This document shows positions 21,783-31,806 of a DNA stretch of 64,000 nt, in pieces. Numbering within the stretch: position 1 is the stretch's first letter; every line of letters begins with the position of its first letter. A program made the position numbers and the translations under genes. Under the pieces are notes generated by a model. The model was not told the DNA's origin, ran no database searches, and saw only the letters and a list, made by a program, of their open reading frames with translations. Origin of the DNA: an uncultured Actinomycetota bacterium (lineage in GTDB: Bacteria; Actinomycetota; Actinomycetes; Streptomycetales; Streptomycetaceae); NCBI GenBank assembly GCA_963711935.1, contig CAVQGD010000034.1, positions 72,334 to 136,333 of the forward strand, given 5' to 3'.

Positions 21783-21998
21783 CAGGTCCCCCTCGCTCGC
21801 AGTAACGGCATGTCTGGGTCAAGTGTGCTGCGGATGGGGCGCAGAGGCGAGAGAGAAGGCGTGAATTCCGTTGCGGGGGGCGCGTATTCGGGCGGTCGGG
21901 GCCGTTTCCGCGCGAGGAGCACGGTACGGAGCCCGGCCGCGTCCCGCCGCAGCCCGCGATGTCCGGCGTATTCCGGGTACTGCGCAATGATGGACCCC

Positions 21999-24111
21999 AT
22001 GGCGAACCGACTGGCCCACGAGACGTCCCCCTATCTCCTCCAGCACGCCGAGAACCCGGTCGACTGGTGGCCCTGGTCCGACGAGGCGTTCACCGAGGCA
22101 CGCCGCCGGGACGTCCCGGTGCTGCTCAGCGTCGGCTATTCGAGCTGCCACTGGTGCCACGTCATGGCTCGCGAGTCCTTCGAGGACGAGACGACAGCCG
22201 CGTATCTGAACGAGCACTTTGTGAGCGTCAAGGTCGACCGCGAAGAGCGCCCCGACGTGGACGCCGTCTACATGGAGGCCGTACAGGCCGCCACGGGGCA
22301 GGGCGGCTGGCCCATGACCGTGTTCCTGACGCCCGATGCCGAGCCCTTCTATTTCGGGACGTACTTCCCGCCCGCCCCCCGCCACGGCATGCCCTCCTTC
22401 CGTCAGGTCCTGGAGGGCGTCCAGGCCGCGTGGGCCGGCCGGCGGGACGAGGTCGCCGAGGTCGCCGGGAAGATCGTGCGCGACCTGGCCGGGCGGGAGC
22501 TGAAGTACGACGCCATGGACGTGCCGGGGGAGCAGGAGCTCGCGCGGGCGCTGCTCGGGCTCACCCGGGAGTACGACGCTGAGCGCGGCGGCTTCGGCGG
22601 GGCGCCCAAGTTCCCGCCGTCCATGGTCATCGAGTTCCTGCTGAGGCACCACGCCCGCACGGGCTCCGAGGGTGCGTTGCAGATGGCGCAGGACACCTGT
22701 GAGCGCATGGCGCGCGGCGGCATCTATGACCAGCTCGGCGGCGGGTTCTCCCGCTACTCCGTCGACCGCGACTGGGTCGTGCCCCACTTCGAGAAGATGC
22801 TGTATGACAATGCACTGCTGTGCCGCGTGTACGCCCATCTCTGGCGCGCCACAGGCTCCGAGCTCGCCCGCCGCGTCGCCCTCGAGACCGCCGACTTCAT
22901 GGTGCGCGAACTGCGGACCGACGAAGGAGGGTTCGCCTCCGCGCTCGACGCCGACAGCGAAGAGGAGGTGCCGCGTGATGGGGGTCCCCCCGGACGGAGT
23001 CTGGGGGAGCGTCTTGCAGAAGGGTGGTGGTGGGCGACGGGAGGGCGGCACCGGCAAGCACGTCGAGGGCGCCCATTACGTGTGGACGCCCCAGCAGCTC
23101 ACCGACGCTCTGGGGGCACAGGACGCCGAGCTCGCCGCCCGGTACTTCGGTGTCACCCAGGAGGGCACCTTCGAGCACGGCCAGTCCGTCCTCCAAATCC
23201 CGCAGCCCGAGGGCGAGTTCGACGCAGACAAGGTCGCCGGTATCCGCGAGCGCCTCCTGCGCGAGCGGCGGGAACGCCCCGCCCCCGGCCGCGACGACAA
23301 GGTGGTCGCCGCCTGGAACGGGCTCGCCGTCGCCGCGCTCGCCGAGACCGGCGCGTACTTCGAGCGGCCCGACCTCCTCGAGGCCGCCCTCGCCGCCGCC
23401 GATCTCCTCGTACGGCTGCACCTCGACGACCGGGCCCGGCTCGCCCGCACCAGCAAGGACGGCCAAGTCGGCGCCAACGCGGGCGTGTTGGAGGACTATG
23501 CCGATGTCGCCGAGGGTTTCCTCGCGCTCGCCTCCGTCACGGGGGAGGGTGTCTGGCTCGACTTCGCCGGGCTGCTGCTCGACCAGGTGCTCACCCGGTT
23601 CACCGACGCGGAGTCGGGCGCCCTGTACGACACGGCCGCCGACGCCGAACAGCTCATCCGCCGCCCCCAGGACCCCACCGACAATGCCACCCCCTCCGGA
23701 TGGAGCGCCGCCGCCGGCGCCCTGCTCGGGTACGCCGCGCACACCGGCTCCGCACCCCATCGCACCGCCGCCGAGCGGGCGTTGGGCATCGTGAAGTCCC
23801 TCGGGCCGCGCGTGCCCCGCTTCCTTGGCTGGGGACTCGCGACAGCCGAGGCGCTGCTCGACGGGCCGCGGGAGGTCGCCATCGTGGGCCAGGCCGGGCA
23901 CGAAGGCACAAAGACCTTGCACCGTACGGCACTTCTGGGCACCGCGCCGGGTGCCGTGGTCGCCGTGGGGGCGGCGGAAAGTGACGAGTTCCCGCTGCTG
24001 GCCGACCGTACGCTCATCGACGGTGAACCGACCGCCTACGTCTGCCGTGACTTCACCTGTGACGCCCCGACGACGGACGCGGACCGCCTCCGTACCGCAC
24101 TGAGCGGCTGA
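21999..24111 (+). pseudogene. Thioredoxin-domain DUF255/YyaL-like protein frameshifted by an 82-nt insertion
   Basis: [33 protein letters not shown]; after ALDADS the gene resumes in another frame at GTGKHVEG. Confidence 0.85.
22962..23043 (+). mobile_element. Nested miniature insertion: 54-nt element interrupted by a 28-nt REP-like hairpin
   Basis: 54-nt part ends agggtggtggtgggcgacgggag like the pckG insert; inner 22980-23007 forms cccccggac-gga-gtctggggg. Confidence 0.65.
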
Positions 24112-24258
24112 GAGCTCCGGACAGAGCTGAGCGGCTGAGGCCCCGGACCGCACTGAGCGGCTGAGGGCCCCGGACAGAGCTGAGCGGCTGAGGCCCCGGA
24201 CAGAGCTGAGCGGCTGAGAGCTCCGTACAGAGCTGAGCGGCTGAGAGCTCCGTACAGA
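24099..24258 (+). repeat. About six copies of a 26-27 bp tandem repeat that includes the upstream stop codon
   Basis: Variants of ctgagcggctgagagctccggacagag. Confidence 0.92.
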
Positions 24259-24269
24259 AGGGGTCAGCA

Positions 24270-25016
24270 TCAGCCCCTGTCCTCCGCGCGGGAGTCACCG
24301 AACTCCTCAAGGGCGCGCCCCACGATGGCCTCAAGCCGGTCGTGGTGCGCGCCCCTCCAGTACGCCCGCCCGCACTCCTGACACTGCGCGAACATGTCGT
24401 ACGACCGCTGCGTACCGCCTTCCAGCTGATCCACGACGTCTTCCTTGGCCGCTTCCTTGAGGAGCCCGTTGCAGGCGGTGCATCGCGTCCAGGGCCGTAG
24501 CTCGGGCGCGAACCGGTCGAGTACGTCGCGGAGTTGGTCTTCGGGGTGGGTGCTGTACACGAACGCTCCGGCCCACAGTTCGCGGCGCCGCAGCAGTCCC
24601 CGGTCGCGGCTGAGCATGACGCGGCGTTCGGCGGCCGAGCGGGCGGAGAGGACGGGGTCGCCGAGGTCGGTGGACTCGTAGGCCGCGTCGACGCCGAGGA
24701 GGCGCAGGCGGCGGGCGAGGGTGCCGAGATGGACGTCGAGGAGGAAGCGGAGCGGGGCGCCGGGAATGTGCTGGGGGCGGGCGGGCGGCCGTACCGTCAC
24801 GGTCTCGCCCGCCGCGGGGATGTGGGAGACCGGCATCTCGCGGCCGTCCACGATCAGGGCGCCGACCTCCGTCAGCGGGACTCCCAGCGACTCGATGACG
24901 TGGCCGAGTGTCGAGACGCCGTCGGTGACGACCTTCGTGGCGCCCCGGCGCCTCCTCTGCGGGACGAAAAGGCCCAGCTCGGGGGCGAACTCGACGTGGA
25001 TCTCCGGTCCGTTCAC
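24270..25016 (-). CDS. Mut7-C RNase domain protein with ubiquitin-like N-terminus
   Basis: IESLGVPLTEV, RFLLDVHLGTLARRLRLLG, RCTACNG, CQECGRAYWRGAHH. Confidence 0.92.
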   Translation of the reverse strand: MNGPEIHVEFAPELGLFVPQRRRRGATKVVTDGVSTLGHVIESLGVPLTEVGALIVDGREMPVSHIPAAGETVTVRPPARPQHIPGAPLRFLLDVHLGTLARRLRLLGVDAAYESTDLGDPVLSARSAAERRVMLSRDRGLLRRRELWAGAFVYSTHPEDQLRDVLDRFAPELRPWTRCTACNGLLKEAAKEDVVDQLEGGTQRSYDMFAQCQECGRAYWRGAHHDRLEAIVGRALEEFGDSRAEDRG

Positions 25017-25237
25017 CGGGTCAGGATGTCATGGCCGCCGGGTGGTCGGCCGGTGCTTTTCCGGTGCTTTCGGGGCGTCGCCCGGTCTTCCCTGCCGGTA
25101 TGCGGGTATAGCCGTCGCGGGTATGCGAAACGGCCGCGGCTCGAATGCCGCGGCCGTGGGAAAGCGCTGGTCGGAGAGGTACTGGTCGGAGAGGTGCGGG
25201 TCGGAGGTGCGGGTCGGAGAGGTGCGGGTCGGAGGGG

Positions 25238-25951
25238 TCAGGTGTGCTGGTACGCCACCAGTGAGATCCCGATGTAGTGGGTGATGAAGGCCGCCAGTGT
25301 GAAGGAGTGGAAGACCTCGTGGAAGCCGAACCAGCGCGGTGACGGGTTCGGGCGCTGGATCCCGTAGATCACGCCGCCCGCGCTGTAGAGGAGACCGCCG
25401 ACGATCACCAGGACGAGGACGGCGATCCCGCCCGTGCGCAGGAAGTCGGGGAGGAAGAAGACAGCTGCCCAGCCCATCGCGATGTAGCAGGGGAGGTAGA
25501 GCCAGCGCGGGGCCCCGATCCAGAACACGCGGAAGACGATGCCCGCCAGCGCGGCCGCCCAGATCCCCCACAGCAGCCACTGGCCCTTGGCACCGGGCAG
25601 GAGCAGCAGCGTCAGGGGTGTGTAGGTGCCCGCGATGATCAGGAAGATGTTCGCGTGGTCGAGGCGGCGCAGGAGGGCGTCCATGCGCGGGCTCCAGTCG
25701 CCTCTGTGGTAGAGCGCGCTGATGCCGAAGAGCAGACAGGCCGTCATGACGTAGATGCCGCAGGCTGTGCGCGCTCGCGTCGAGTTCGCGAGGGCGGTGA
25801 GGACGATACCCGCGACGACCACGGCCGGGAACATGCCGGCGTGCAGCCAGCCGCGGAGTTTGGGCTTGACCGGATACGGCACGGAGAGCGCTGCCGGACC
25901 GCGGTCGACGACCGGTGGGTCCAGGGGCGCGTCGGAGGCGGACGCAGTCAT
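25238..25951 (-). CDS. Hemolysin III / PAQR family membrane protein
   Basis: KPKLRGWLH, SALYH, RRLDHANIFLIIAGTYTP, FGFHEVFH. Confidence 0.94.
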   Translation of the reverse strand: MTASASDAPLDPPVVDRGPAALSVPYPVKPKLRGWLHAGMFPAVVVAGIVLTALANSTRARTACGIYVMTACLLFGISALYHRGDWSPRMDALLRRLDHANIFLIIAGTYTPLTLLLLPGAKGQWLLWGIWAAALAGIVFRVFWIGAPRWLYLPCYIAMGWAAVFFLPDFLRTGGIAVLVLVIVGGLLYSAGGVIYGIQRPNPSPRWFGFHEVFHSFTLAAFITHYIGISLVAYQHT

Positions 25952-26378
25952 GTCCGGCATCGTATCTACGGAACCGTAAGTTACGTATCAGTCCGCGTGA
26001 GGGGATCCGGAGAGTGGCCATGGTCTCACCAGTCGCGCAGCCGGAACACCTGCCCGCGATACCTGCGGTGAAGAGCTGGTGACGCACTGAAACCAGTGGC
26101 GGAAGTGGCGGAAGTGGCGGAAACCAGGGGGCGGATCCTGTCGAGTGGCGATGCTCACTCCGCTCAGTTGTGAGGGCCCCTGGACATATGCGCGGATGCA
26201 CCCGATGATCAAATGAGTGCGGTCGGCGCCGGATGAGCGCAGTGGGGTCCACGCTGGGCGAAGGACCCCCCTCTGTGTGGCATCCGGGCCGCGGCTCCCA
26301 TGGGGCGTTTAGGCCCATATGGGTTATTTGGGCCCCTGCAGGGCATTAAATGGAAAATCCCTCACTATAGGAGCGATC

Positions 26379-28268
26379 GTGGCGCAGGACATCGCGGCTC
26401 TCCCCGATACCGTCCCCACCACCCACCAGGAACTGATCTCGTGGGTGAAGGAGATCGCCGAACTGACGCAGCCGGACCACGTGGTCTGGTGTGACGGATC
26501 CGAGGCCGAGTACGAGCGGCTCTGTGAGGAGCTCGTCGAGAAGGGCACTTTCAGGAAGCTCGACCCGATCAAGCGCCCTAACTCCTACTACGCGGCCTCG
26601 GACCCGACCGACGTCGCCCGGGTCGAGGACCGTACGTTCATCTGCTCCGAGAAGGAGGAGGACGCCGGCCCGACCAACCACTGGAAGGCCCCCGCCGAGA
26701 TGCGGGAGATCTTCCAGGGCAGGGACGGGAACGGAGGCGTCTTCCGCGGCTCGATGCGGGGACGGACGATGTACGTCGTCCCCTTCTGCATGGGCCCGCT
26801 GGGCTCGCCGCTCTCCGCGACAGGCGTCGAGATCACCGACTCCGCGTACGTGGCCGTGTCCATGCGCACCATGACCCGCATGGGCCGCCCGGTCCTGGAC
26901 GAGCTGGGCTCCGAGGGCTTCTTCGTGAAGGCCGTGCACACGCTGGGCGCCCCGCTGGAGCCGGGCCAGAAGGACGTCCCCTGGCCCTGCAACACCACCA
27001 AGTACATCTCCCACTTCCCCGAGACCCGCGAGATCTGGTCGTACGGATCGGGGTACGGCGGCAACGCCCTGCTCGGCAAGAAGTGCTACGCCCTGCGCAT
27101 CGCGTCCGTGATGGCGCGTGACGAGGGCTGGCTGGCCGAGCACATGCTGATCCTCAAACTCACGCCGCCTCAGGATGATTCCGCGGCCCGAAGTGCCTCG
27201 TTCGAGGGTGGTGAGGGGCGACGGGAGGGCAGGTCGAAATACGTCGCCGCCGCCTTCCCCTCGGCCTGCGGCAAGACGAACCTCGCCATGCTGGAGCCGA
27301 CGATCCCCGGCTGGACGGTCGAGACGATCGGCGACGACATCGCCTGGATGCGGTTCGGCGAGGACGGACGCCTCTACGCGATCAACCCCGAGGCCGGCTT
27401 CTTCGGCGTCGCGCCCGGCACCGGTGAGCACACCAACGCCAACGCGATGAAGACGTTGTGGGGCAACTCGGTCTTCACGAACGTCGCGCTGACGGACGAC
27501 GGCGACATCTGGTGGGAGGGCATGACGGAGGAGCCCCCCGCCCACCTCACCGACTGGAAGGGCAACGACTGGACGCCGGCCGCCGGGACCCCGGCCGCCC
27601 ACCCCAACGCCCGCTTCACCGTTCCCGCCTCCCAGTGCCCGATCATCGCGCCCGAGTGGGAGGACCCGAAGGGCGTACCGATCTCGGCGATCCTGTTCGG
27701 CGGCCGCCGTGCCACGGCCGTACCACTGGTCACGGAGTCCTTCGACTGGAACCACGGCGTGTTCCTCGGCGCGAACGTGGCGTCCGAGAAGACCGCGGCG
27801 GCCGAGGGCAAGGTCGGCGAACTGCGCCGTGACCCCTTCGCGATGCTCCCCTTCTGCGGCTACAACATGGGCGACTACATGGGCCATTGGGTCGAGGTCG
27901 CCAAGGGCAGGGACCCCTCGAAGCTGCCGAAGATTTATTACGTCAACTGGTTCCGGAAGAACGACGAGGGCAAGTTCGTCTGGCCGGGCTTCGGCGAGAA
28001 CAGCCGCGTCCTGAAGTGGATCGTGGACCGGCTGGACGGCAGGGCGGAGGGTGTGGAGACCCCGATCGGCATCCTGCCGACGAAGGAGTCCCTGGACACG
28101 AACGGCCTCGAACTGCCGGACGCGGACCTGGACTTCCTCCTCACCGTCGACAAGGACGTGTGGCGCGAGGAGGCCGCGCTCGTGCCCGAGCACCTCAACA
28201 CCTTCGGCGATCACACGCCCAAGGAGCTGTGGGACGAGTACCGGGGCCTGGTCGAGCGCCTGGGCTGA
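26379..28268 (+). CDS. pckG: Phosphoenolpyruvate carboxykinase (GTP)
   Basis: [50 protein letters not shown]; AGGAG RBS before GTG. Confidence 0.97.
   Translation: MAQDIAALPDTVPTTHQELISWVKEIAELTQPDHVVWCDGSEAEYERLCEELVEKGTFRKLDPIKRPNSYYAASDPTDVARVEDRTFICSEKEEDAGPTNHWKAPAEMREIFQGRDGNGGVFRGSMRGRTMYVVPFCMGPLGSPLSATGVEITDSAYVAVSMRTMTRMGRPVLDELGSEGFFVKAVHTLGAPLEPGQKDVPWPCNTTKYISHFPETREIWSYGSGYGGNALLGKKCYALRIASVMARDEGWLAEHMLILKLTPPQDDSAARSASFEGGEGRREGRSKYVAAAFPSACGKTNLAMLEPTIPGWTVETIGDDIAWMRFGEDGRLYAINPEAGFFGVAPGTGEHTNANAMKTLWGNSVFTNVALTDDGDIWWEGMTEEPPAHLTDWKGNDWTPAAGTPAAHPNARFTVPASQCPIIAPEWEDPKGVPISAILFGGRRATAVPLVTESFDWNHGVFLGANVASEKTAAAEGKVGELRRDPFAMLPFCGYNMGDYMGHWVEVAKGRDPSKLPKIYYVNWFRKNDEGKFVWPGFGENSRVLKWIVDRLDGRAEGVETPIGILPTKESLDTNGLELPDADLDFLLTVDKDVWREEAALVPEHLNTFGDHTPKELWDEYRGLVERLG
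27174..27227 (+). mobile_element. 54-nt in-frame insertion in pckG ([18 protein letters not shown])
   Basis: Sits between KLTPPQ and [12 protein letters not shown]; atypical codons; same length and 3' end as the insert at 22962-23043. Confidence 0.65.
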
Positions 28269-28321
28269 CGCGCGCCTGGGCTGACACGAGGGAAGCTTCG
28301 GATACGAGGGAAGCTTCGACA

Positions 28322-28369
28322 GTGAGGGGGTGGGGCCCGCCGTGTGGACGGCGGGCCCCACCCCCTCAC
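28322..28369. terminator. Long hairpin between convergent genes, followed by a 7-bp (ccagtca)n repeat
   Basis: gtgagggggtggggcccgccgt / acggcgggccccaccccctcac. Confidence 0.8.
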
Positions 28370-28422
28370 CAGTCACCAGTCACCAGTCACCAGTCACCAG
28401 TTCAGGTTCAGCGAGCGCAGCG

Positions 28423-29634
28423 CTACGGCTGGCTGTACCCGTCCAGAAAGTTCCCGATCCGCGTCACCGCCGCCGTCAGGTCCGCCACCGTCGGCAAGGT
28501 CACCACCCGGAAGTGATCGGGCTCGGTCCAGTTGAAGCCCGTGCCGTGGACGACCATGATCTTCTCGCGGCGCAACAGGTCCAGGACCATCTGGCGATCG
28601 TCCTTGATCTTGAAGACCTTCGGGTCCAGGCGCGGGAAGAGATACAGCGCCCCTTTCGGCTTCACGCACGTCACGCCCGGGATCCGGGTCAGCAGGTCGT
28701 ACGCCACATCCCGCTGCTCCTTCAGCCGCCCGCCCGGCAGCACCAGGTCGTTGACCGACTGGCGCCCGCTCAGGGCGGCGACCACACCGTGCTGACCCGG
28801 CATGTTCGCGCACAGCCGCATGTTCGCCAGGATCGTCAGGCCCTCGAGGTACGAGCCGGCGTGCGCCCGCGGGCCGGAGACCGACATCCAGCCGACCCGG
28901 TACCCCGCCACCCGGTACGCCTTCGACATGCCGTTGAACGTGAGCGTCAGCAGGTCGGGTGCGAGGGAGGCCGTCGGCCGGTGCGTGGCGCCGTCGTACA
29001 GGATCTTGTCGTAGATCTCGTCCGAGCAGACCAGCAGGTTGTGGCGGCGCGCGATGTCCGTCAGGCCGCGCACCATCGCCTCGTCGTAGACCGCGCCCGT
29101 CGGGTTGTTCGGGTTGATGATCACGATCGCCTTGGTGCGGTCGGTGACCTTCCGCTCCACGTCGGCGAGGTCGGGCATCCAGTCGGACTGCTCGTCGCAG
29201 CGGTAGTGCACCGCCGTGCCGCCCGCCAGGGAGACCGCCGCCGTCCACAGCGGATAGTCCGGTGACGGCACGAGCACCTCGTCGCCGTTGTCCAGCAGGC
29301 CCTGCATCGCCATGACGATCAGCTCGGAGACGCCGTTGCCGATGAAGACGTGCTCGACGTCCGTCTCTATGCCGAGCGTCTGGTTGTGCATGACGACCGC
29401 CCGGCGCGCGGCGAGGAGGCCCTTCGCGTCGCCGTACCCGTGGGCCGACGACACATTGCGGAGGATGTCCTCCAGGATCTCGGGCGGACACTCGAACCCG
29501 AAAGCGGCCGGATTCCCGGTGTTGAGCTTGAGGATGCGGTGCCCCGCTGCCTCAAGCCGCATCGCCTCCTCGAGCACCGGGCCCCGGATCTCGTAACAGA
29601 CGTTGGCGAGTTTGGCCGACTGGATCACCTGCAT
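28423..29634 (-). CDS. PLP-dependent class I aminotransferase (AlaA-like)
   Basis: YEIRGPV, LNTGNP, INPNNPTG, DEIYD, NGMSKAYRVAGYRVGW. Confidence 0.93.
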   Translation of the reverse strand: MQVIQSAKLANVCYEIRGPVLEEAMRLEAAGHRILKLNTGNPAAFGFECPPEILEDILRNVSSAHGYGDAKGLLAARRAVVMHNQTLGIETDVEHVFIGNGVSELIVMAMQGLLDNGDEVLVPSPDYPLWTAAVSLAGGTAVHYRCDEQSDWMPDLADVERKVTDRTKAIVIINPNNPTGAVYDEAMVRGLTDIARRHNLLVCSDEIYDKILYDGATHRPTASLAPDLLTLTFNGMSKAYRVAGYRVGWMSVSGPRAHAGSYLEGLTILANMRLCANMPGQHGVVAALSGRQSVNDLVLPGGRLKEQRDVAYDLLTRIPGVTCVKPKGALYLFPRLDPKVFKIKDDRQMVLDLLRREKIMVVHGTGFNWTEPDHFRVVTLPTVADLTAAVTRIGNFLDGYSQP

Positions 29635-29806
29635 GTCTGTGAGCCTACGGGCCGGTAACGCCTTCTGTGGCGTGTTTTCCACCACGGGGGTTGTTGGGGC
29701 TTTCTGGGGCTCTGGGGTAGTACCGATCCACGCGTGCTGGTCGGGGCAGGTAACGAACCAGGGGCTGGCTGTGCCCGGCACAGGATCGTCGACCATACTG
29801 CCCGCT

Positions 29807-30466
29807 GTGGAGCAGCGCAGAGGTTTGAGCAGTCAGCCCCTGGAGGGCGCCGGATGCGACCCGGCTTTCATCCCAGGGCTCACCTCCCCCGTGTCCGGCG
29901 AGCCGGAGGACGTCAGGCCGGAGGACGACGCCAAGGCGGGAGGTGTCGTCGAGGCGGACGCATCTGAGGAGCCCTCTGCCGAAGTCGAAAAGACCGAGAA
30001 GGCTGAGGAGCCCGACGAGCCCGGGGAGACCAACGAGCCCGAGGAGCCCGACGAGCCCGAGGAGACCGACGAGCCCGAGGAGACCGACGAGCCCGAGGAG
30101 ACCGACGAGCCCGAGGAGACCGACGAGCCCGGGGAGACCGGGGAGGAGGAAGCCCCCGACGGTCCCGTCTTCGAGGCCTCCGACCGGCGCGCGAAGATCG
30201 TCGTGGACCACAAGGGCGTACGACTCTCCCTGGACGCCCAAGCCTGTGAGTTCCGCTGGGACGAGATCGGCGCCCTGGAGACGGAGACCCCGCGCTTCGG
30301 AAAGCGGTTCACGGTCACGGTCCACACCCCGGATCGCCGCTGGTACCCCATCGAGATCGAGGCGTCGTCGAGGAGCCGCTTCCAGGAGTGGGAGTCGCAG
30401 CTGGACGAGGTGCTGGACGCGTACTTCGAGGACGGCGAGGCCGCGGCGGAGGACAAGGCCCCGTAA
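29807..30466 (+). CDS. Acidic hypothetical protein with 18-bp repeats (EPEETD) and a C-terminal beta-rich domain
   Basis: High GC3; repeat at about 30005-30140; CATACT -10 seven nt before the GTG. Confidence 0.75.
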   Translation: MEQRRGLSSQPLEGAGCDPAFIPGLTSPVSGEPEDVRPEDDAKAGGVVEADASEEPSAEVEKTEKAEEPDEPGETNEPEEPDEPEETDEPEETDEPEETDEPEETDEPGETGEEEAPDGPVFEASDRRAKIVVDHKGVRLSLDAQACEFRWDEIGALETETPRFGKRFTVTVHTPDRRWYPIEIEASSRSRFQEWESQLDEVLDAYFEDGEAAAEDKAP

Positions 30467-30608
30467 GGGGCGCGGGACTGTGCCCACGCGGCGGAGGTGC
30501 TGGCGATAGGCGCTGGCGCGATAGGCGTTGGCACTCGCCGGACTCGATTTATTATCGTGGCCGATCGCTTGTGCGATGAGTGGGGGAGTCTGTGACGGGG
30601 TGGCCTGC

Positions 30609-31127
30609 GTGAGCGCCGATGCCGACGCCGATGCCGGTACTGATACCGGTGCCTTGCGGCTGCGACAGCGGCTTGCGGATCTGACGGCGAGCGGGCAGGG
30701 CGATCTGCGTGCGGTGGTGGGGGAGTTCCGGCGCAGTGAGGTGCTGGTGCCGGTGGTGGACGGCTCGCTGCTGTCCGCGGAACTGGGCGGTGTTCGCTGG
30801 CTGTTCGCGTTCACGGACGGGGCGGCGCTGAGGCGTTTCGGCGAGGCGCGGGGCGAGACGTTCGACGAGTGCGTCCCGGTGTACGGCGGGTGGCTGCTGG
30901 ACCGGGTGGTCCCGGAGGCGGGCGGGCCGACGGGTATCGCGGTGGACGCGGGCAGCGCGGCGGGGATGGTGCTGCCGCCGGTGGCGGGGATCGTGCCGGA
31001 TGCGGTGGCGGTGGACGCGGAGGGCACGGGCGCGAAGGAAACGGGCGCGGAAGGCACGGGCGCGGGGCGGGGCCATGCGGAGGGCGCGGGCGCGGAAGGC
31101 CCAGGCGTGAAGAGGGCGGACGCGTGA
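30609..31127 (+). CDS. SseB-family protein, first gene of the toxin operon
   Basis: FRRSEVLVP, GGVRWLFAFT, GIAVDAGS; GTGA overlap with the next gene. Confidence 0.8.
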   Translation: MSADADADAGTDTGALRLRQRLADLTASGQGDLRAVVGEFRRSEVLVPVVDGSLLSAELGGVRWLFAFTDGAALRRFGEARGETFDECVPVYGGWLLDRVVPEAGGPTGIAVDAGSAAGMVLPPVAGIVPDAVAVDAEGTGAKETGAEGTGAGRGHAEGAGAEGPGVKRADA

Positions 31128-31806
31128 GCGGCGGCGGCGGTTACCAGGTCGATCCGGAGGCGATGGCGCGGATCACCCGGGGCATCAACCAGGCCATGGA
31201 CGAGCTGAAGGAGCTGGGCTTCGACACCGAGGCGAACCTGGGGCGTGGTTTCGACGACCTGGAGCTGGCCGGCCTGGAGGTGGGCGACGCGAGCCTGCGG
31301 CAGACCTTCGCCGACTTCTGCGACCGGTGGGGCTGGGGGGTGCACTCGCTGATGCGGGACGCGAACGAGTTCGCGGCGCGGCTGGGGTTGTCGGCGGGGC
31401 TGTACCACGAGCAGGAGCAGTACGTCTCGAACACCCTGAAGACGGTGTGTACGGCAGGGGCGGGCAACCCGTACTGTCCCAGGAGGAGGTCGAGAAGCGG
31501 TCCTGGGAGGAGACGCTCAAGGACAACGCGGTGTCCCACGTCATGAACGCGGACTACAGCCCGGAGTCCATGCGGCAGGGGCAGGAGGGGGCCCAGCAGG
31601 CATGGGGACAGGCCTGGCAGGACGTGCGGACCTCGACGGTGATTCCGGGAGCGACCCCGGGCGCGCTGCTCGACGCGGATACCGACTGGCAGTGGGACGG
31701 CCCGCCGCAGCCCGAGGCCAACGCACCCGCGCAGGACACTTCCGCGCAGGACACTTCCGCGCAGGACACTTCCGCGCAGGACACTTCCGGGGAGGGTGAG
31801 CGCTGA
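31124..31806 (+). pseudogene. WXG100-like helical partner protein with one frameshift
   Basis: YQVDPEAM..., FCDRWGWGV, GLYHEQE; GNPY continues as LSQEEVEK in another frame (1-nt loss near 31474); stop overlaps the Rhs ATG. Confidence 0.75.

Noticed and set aside
24099-24258. CRISPR-like 26-27 bp repeats
   Set aside because: Head-to-tail tandem repeats with no spacers
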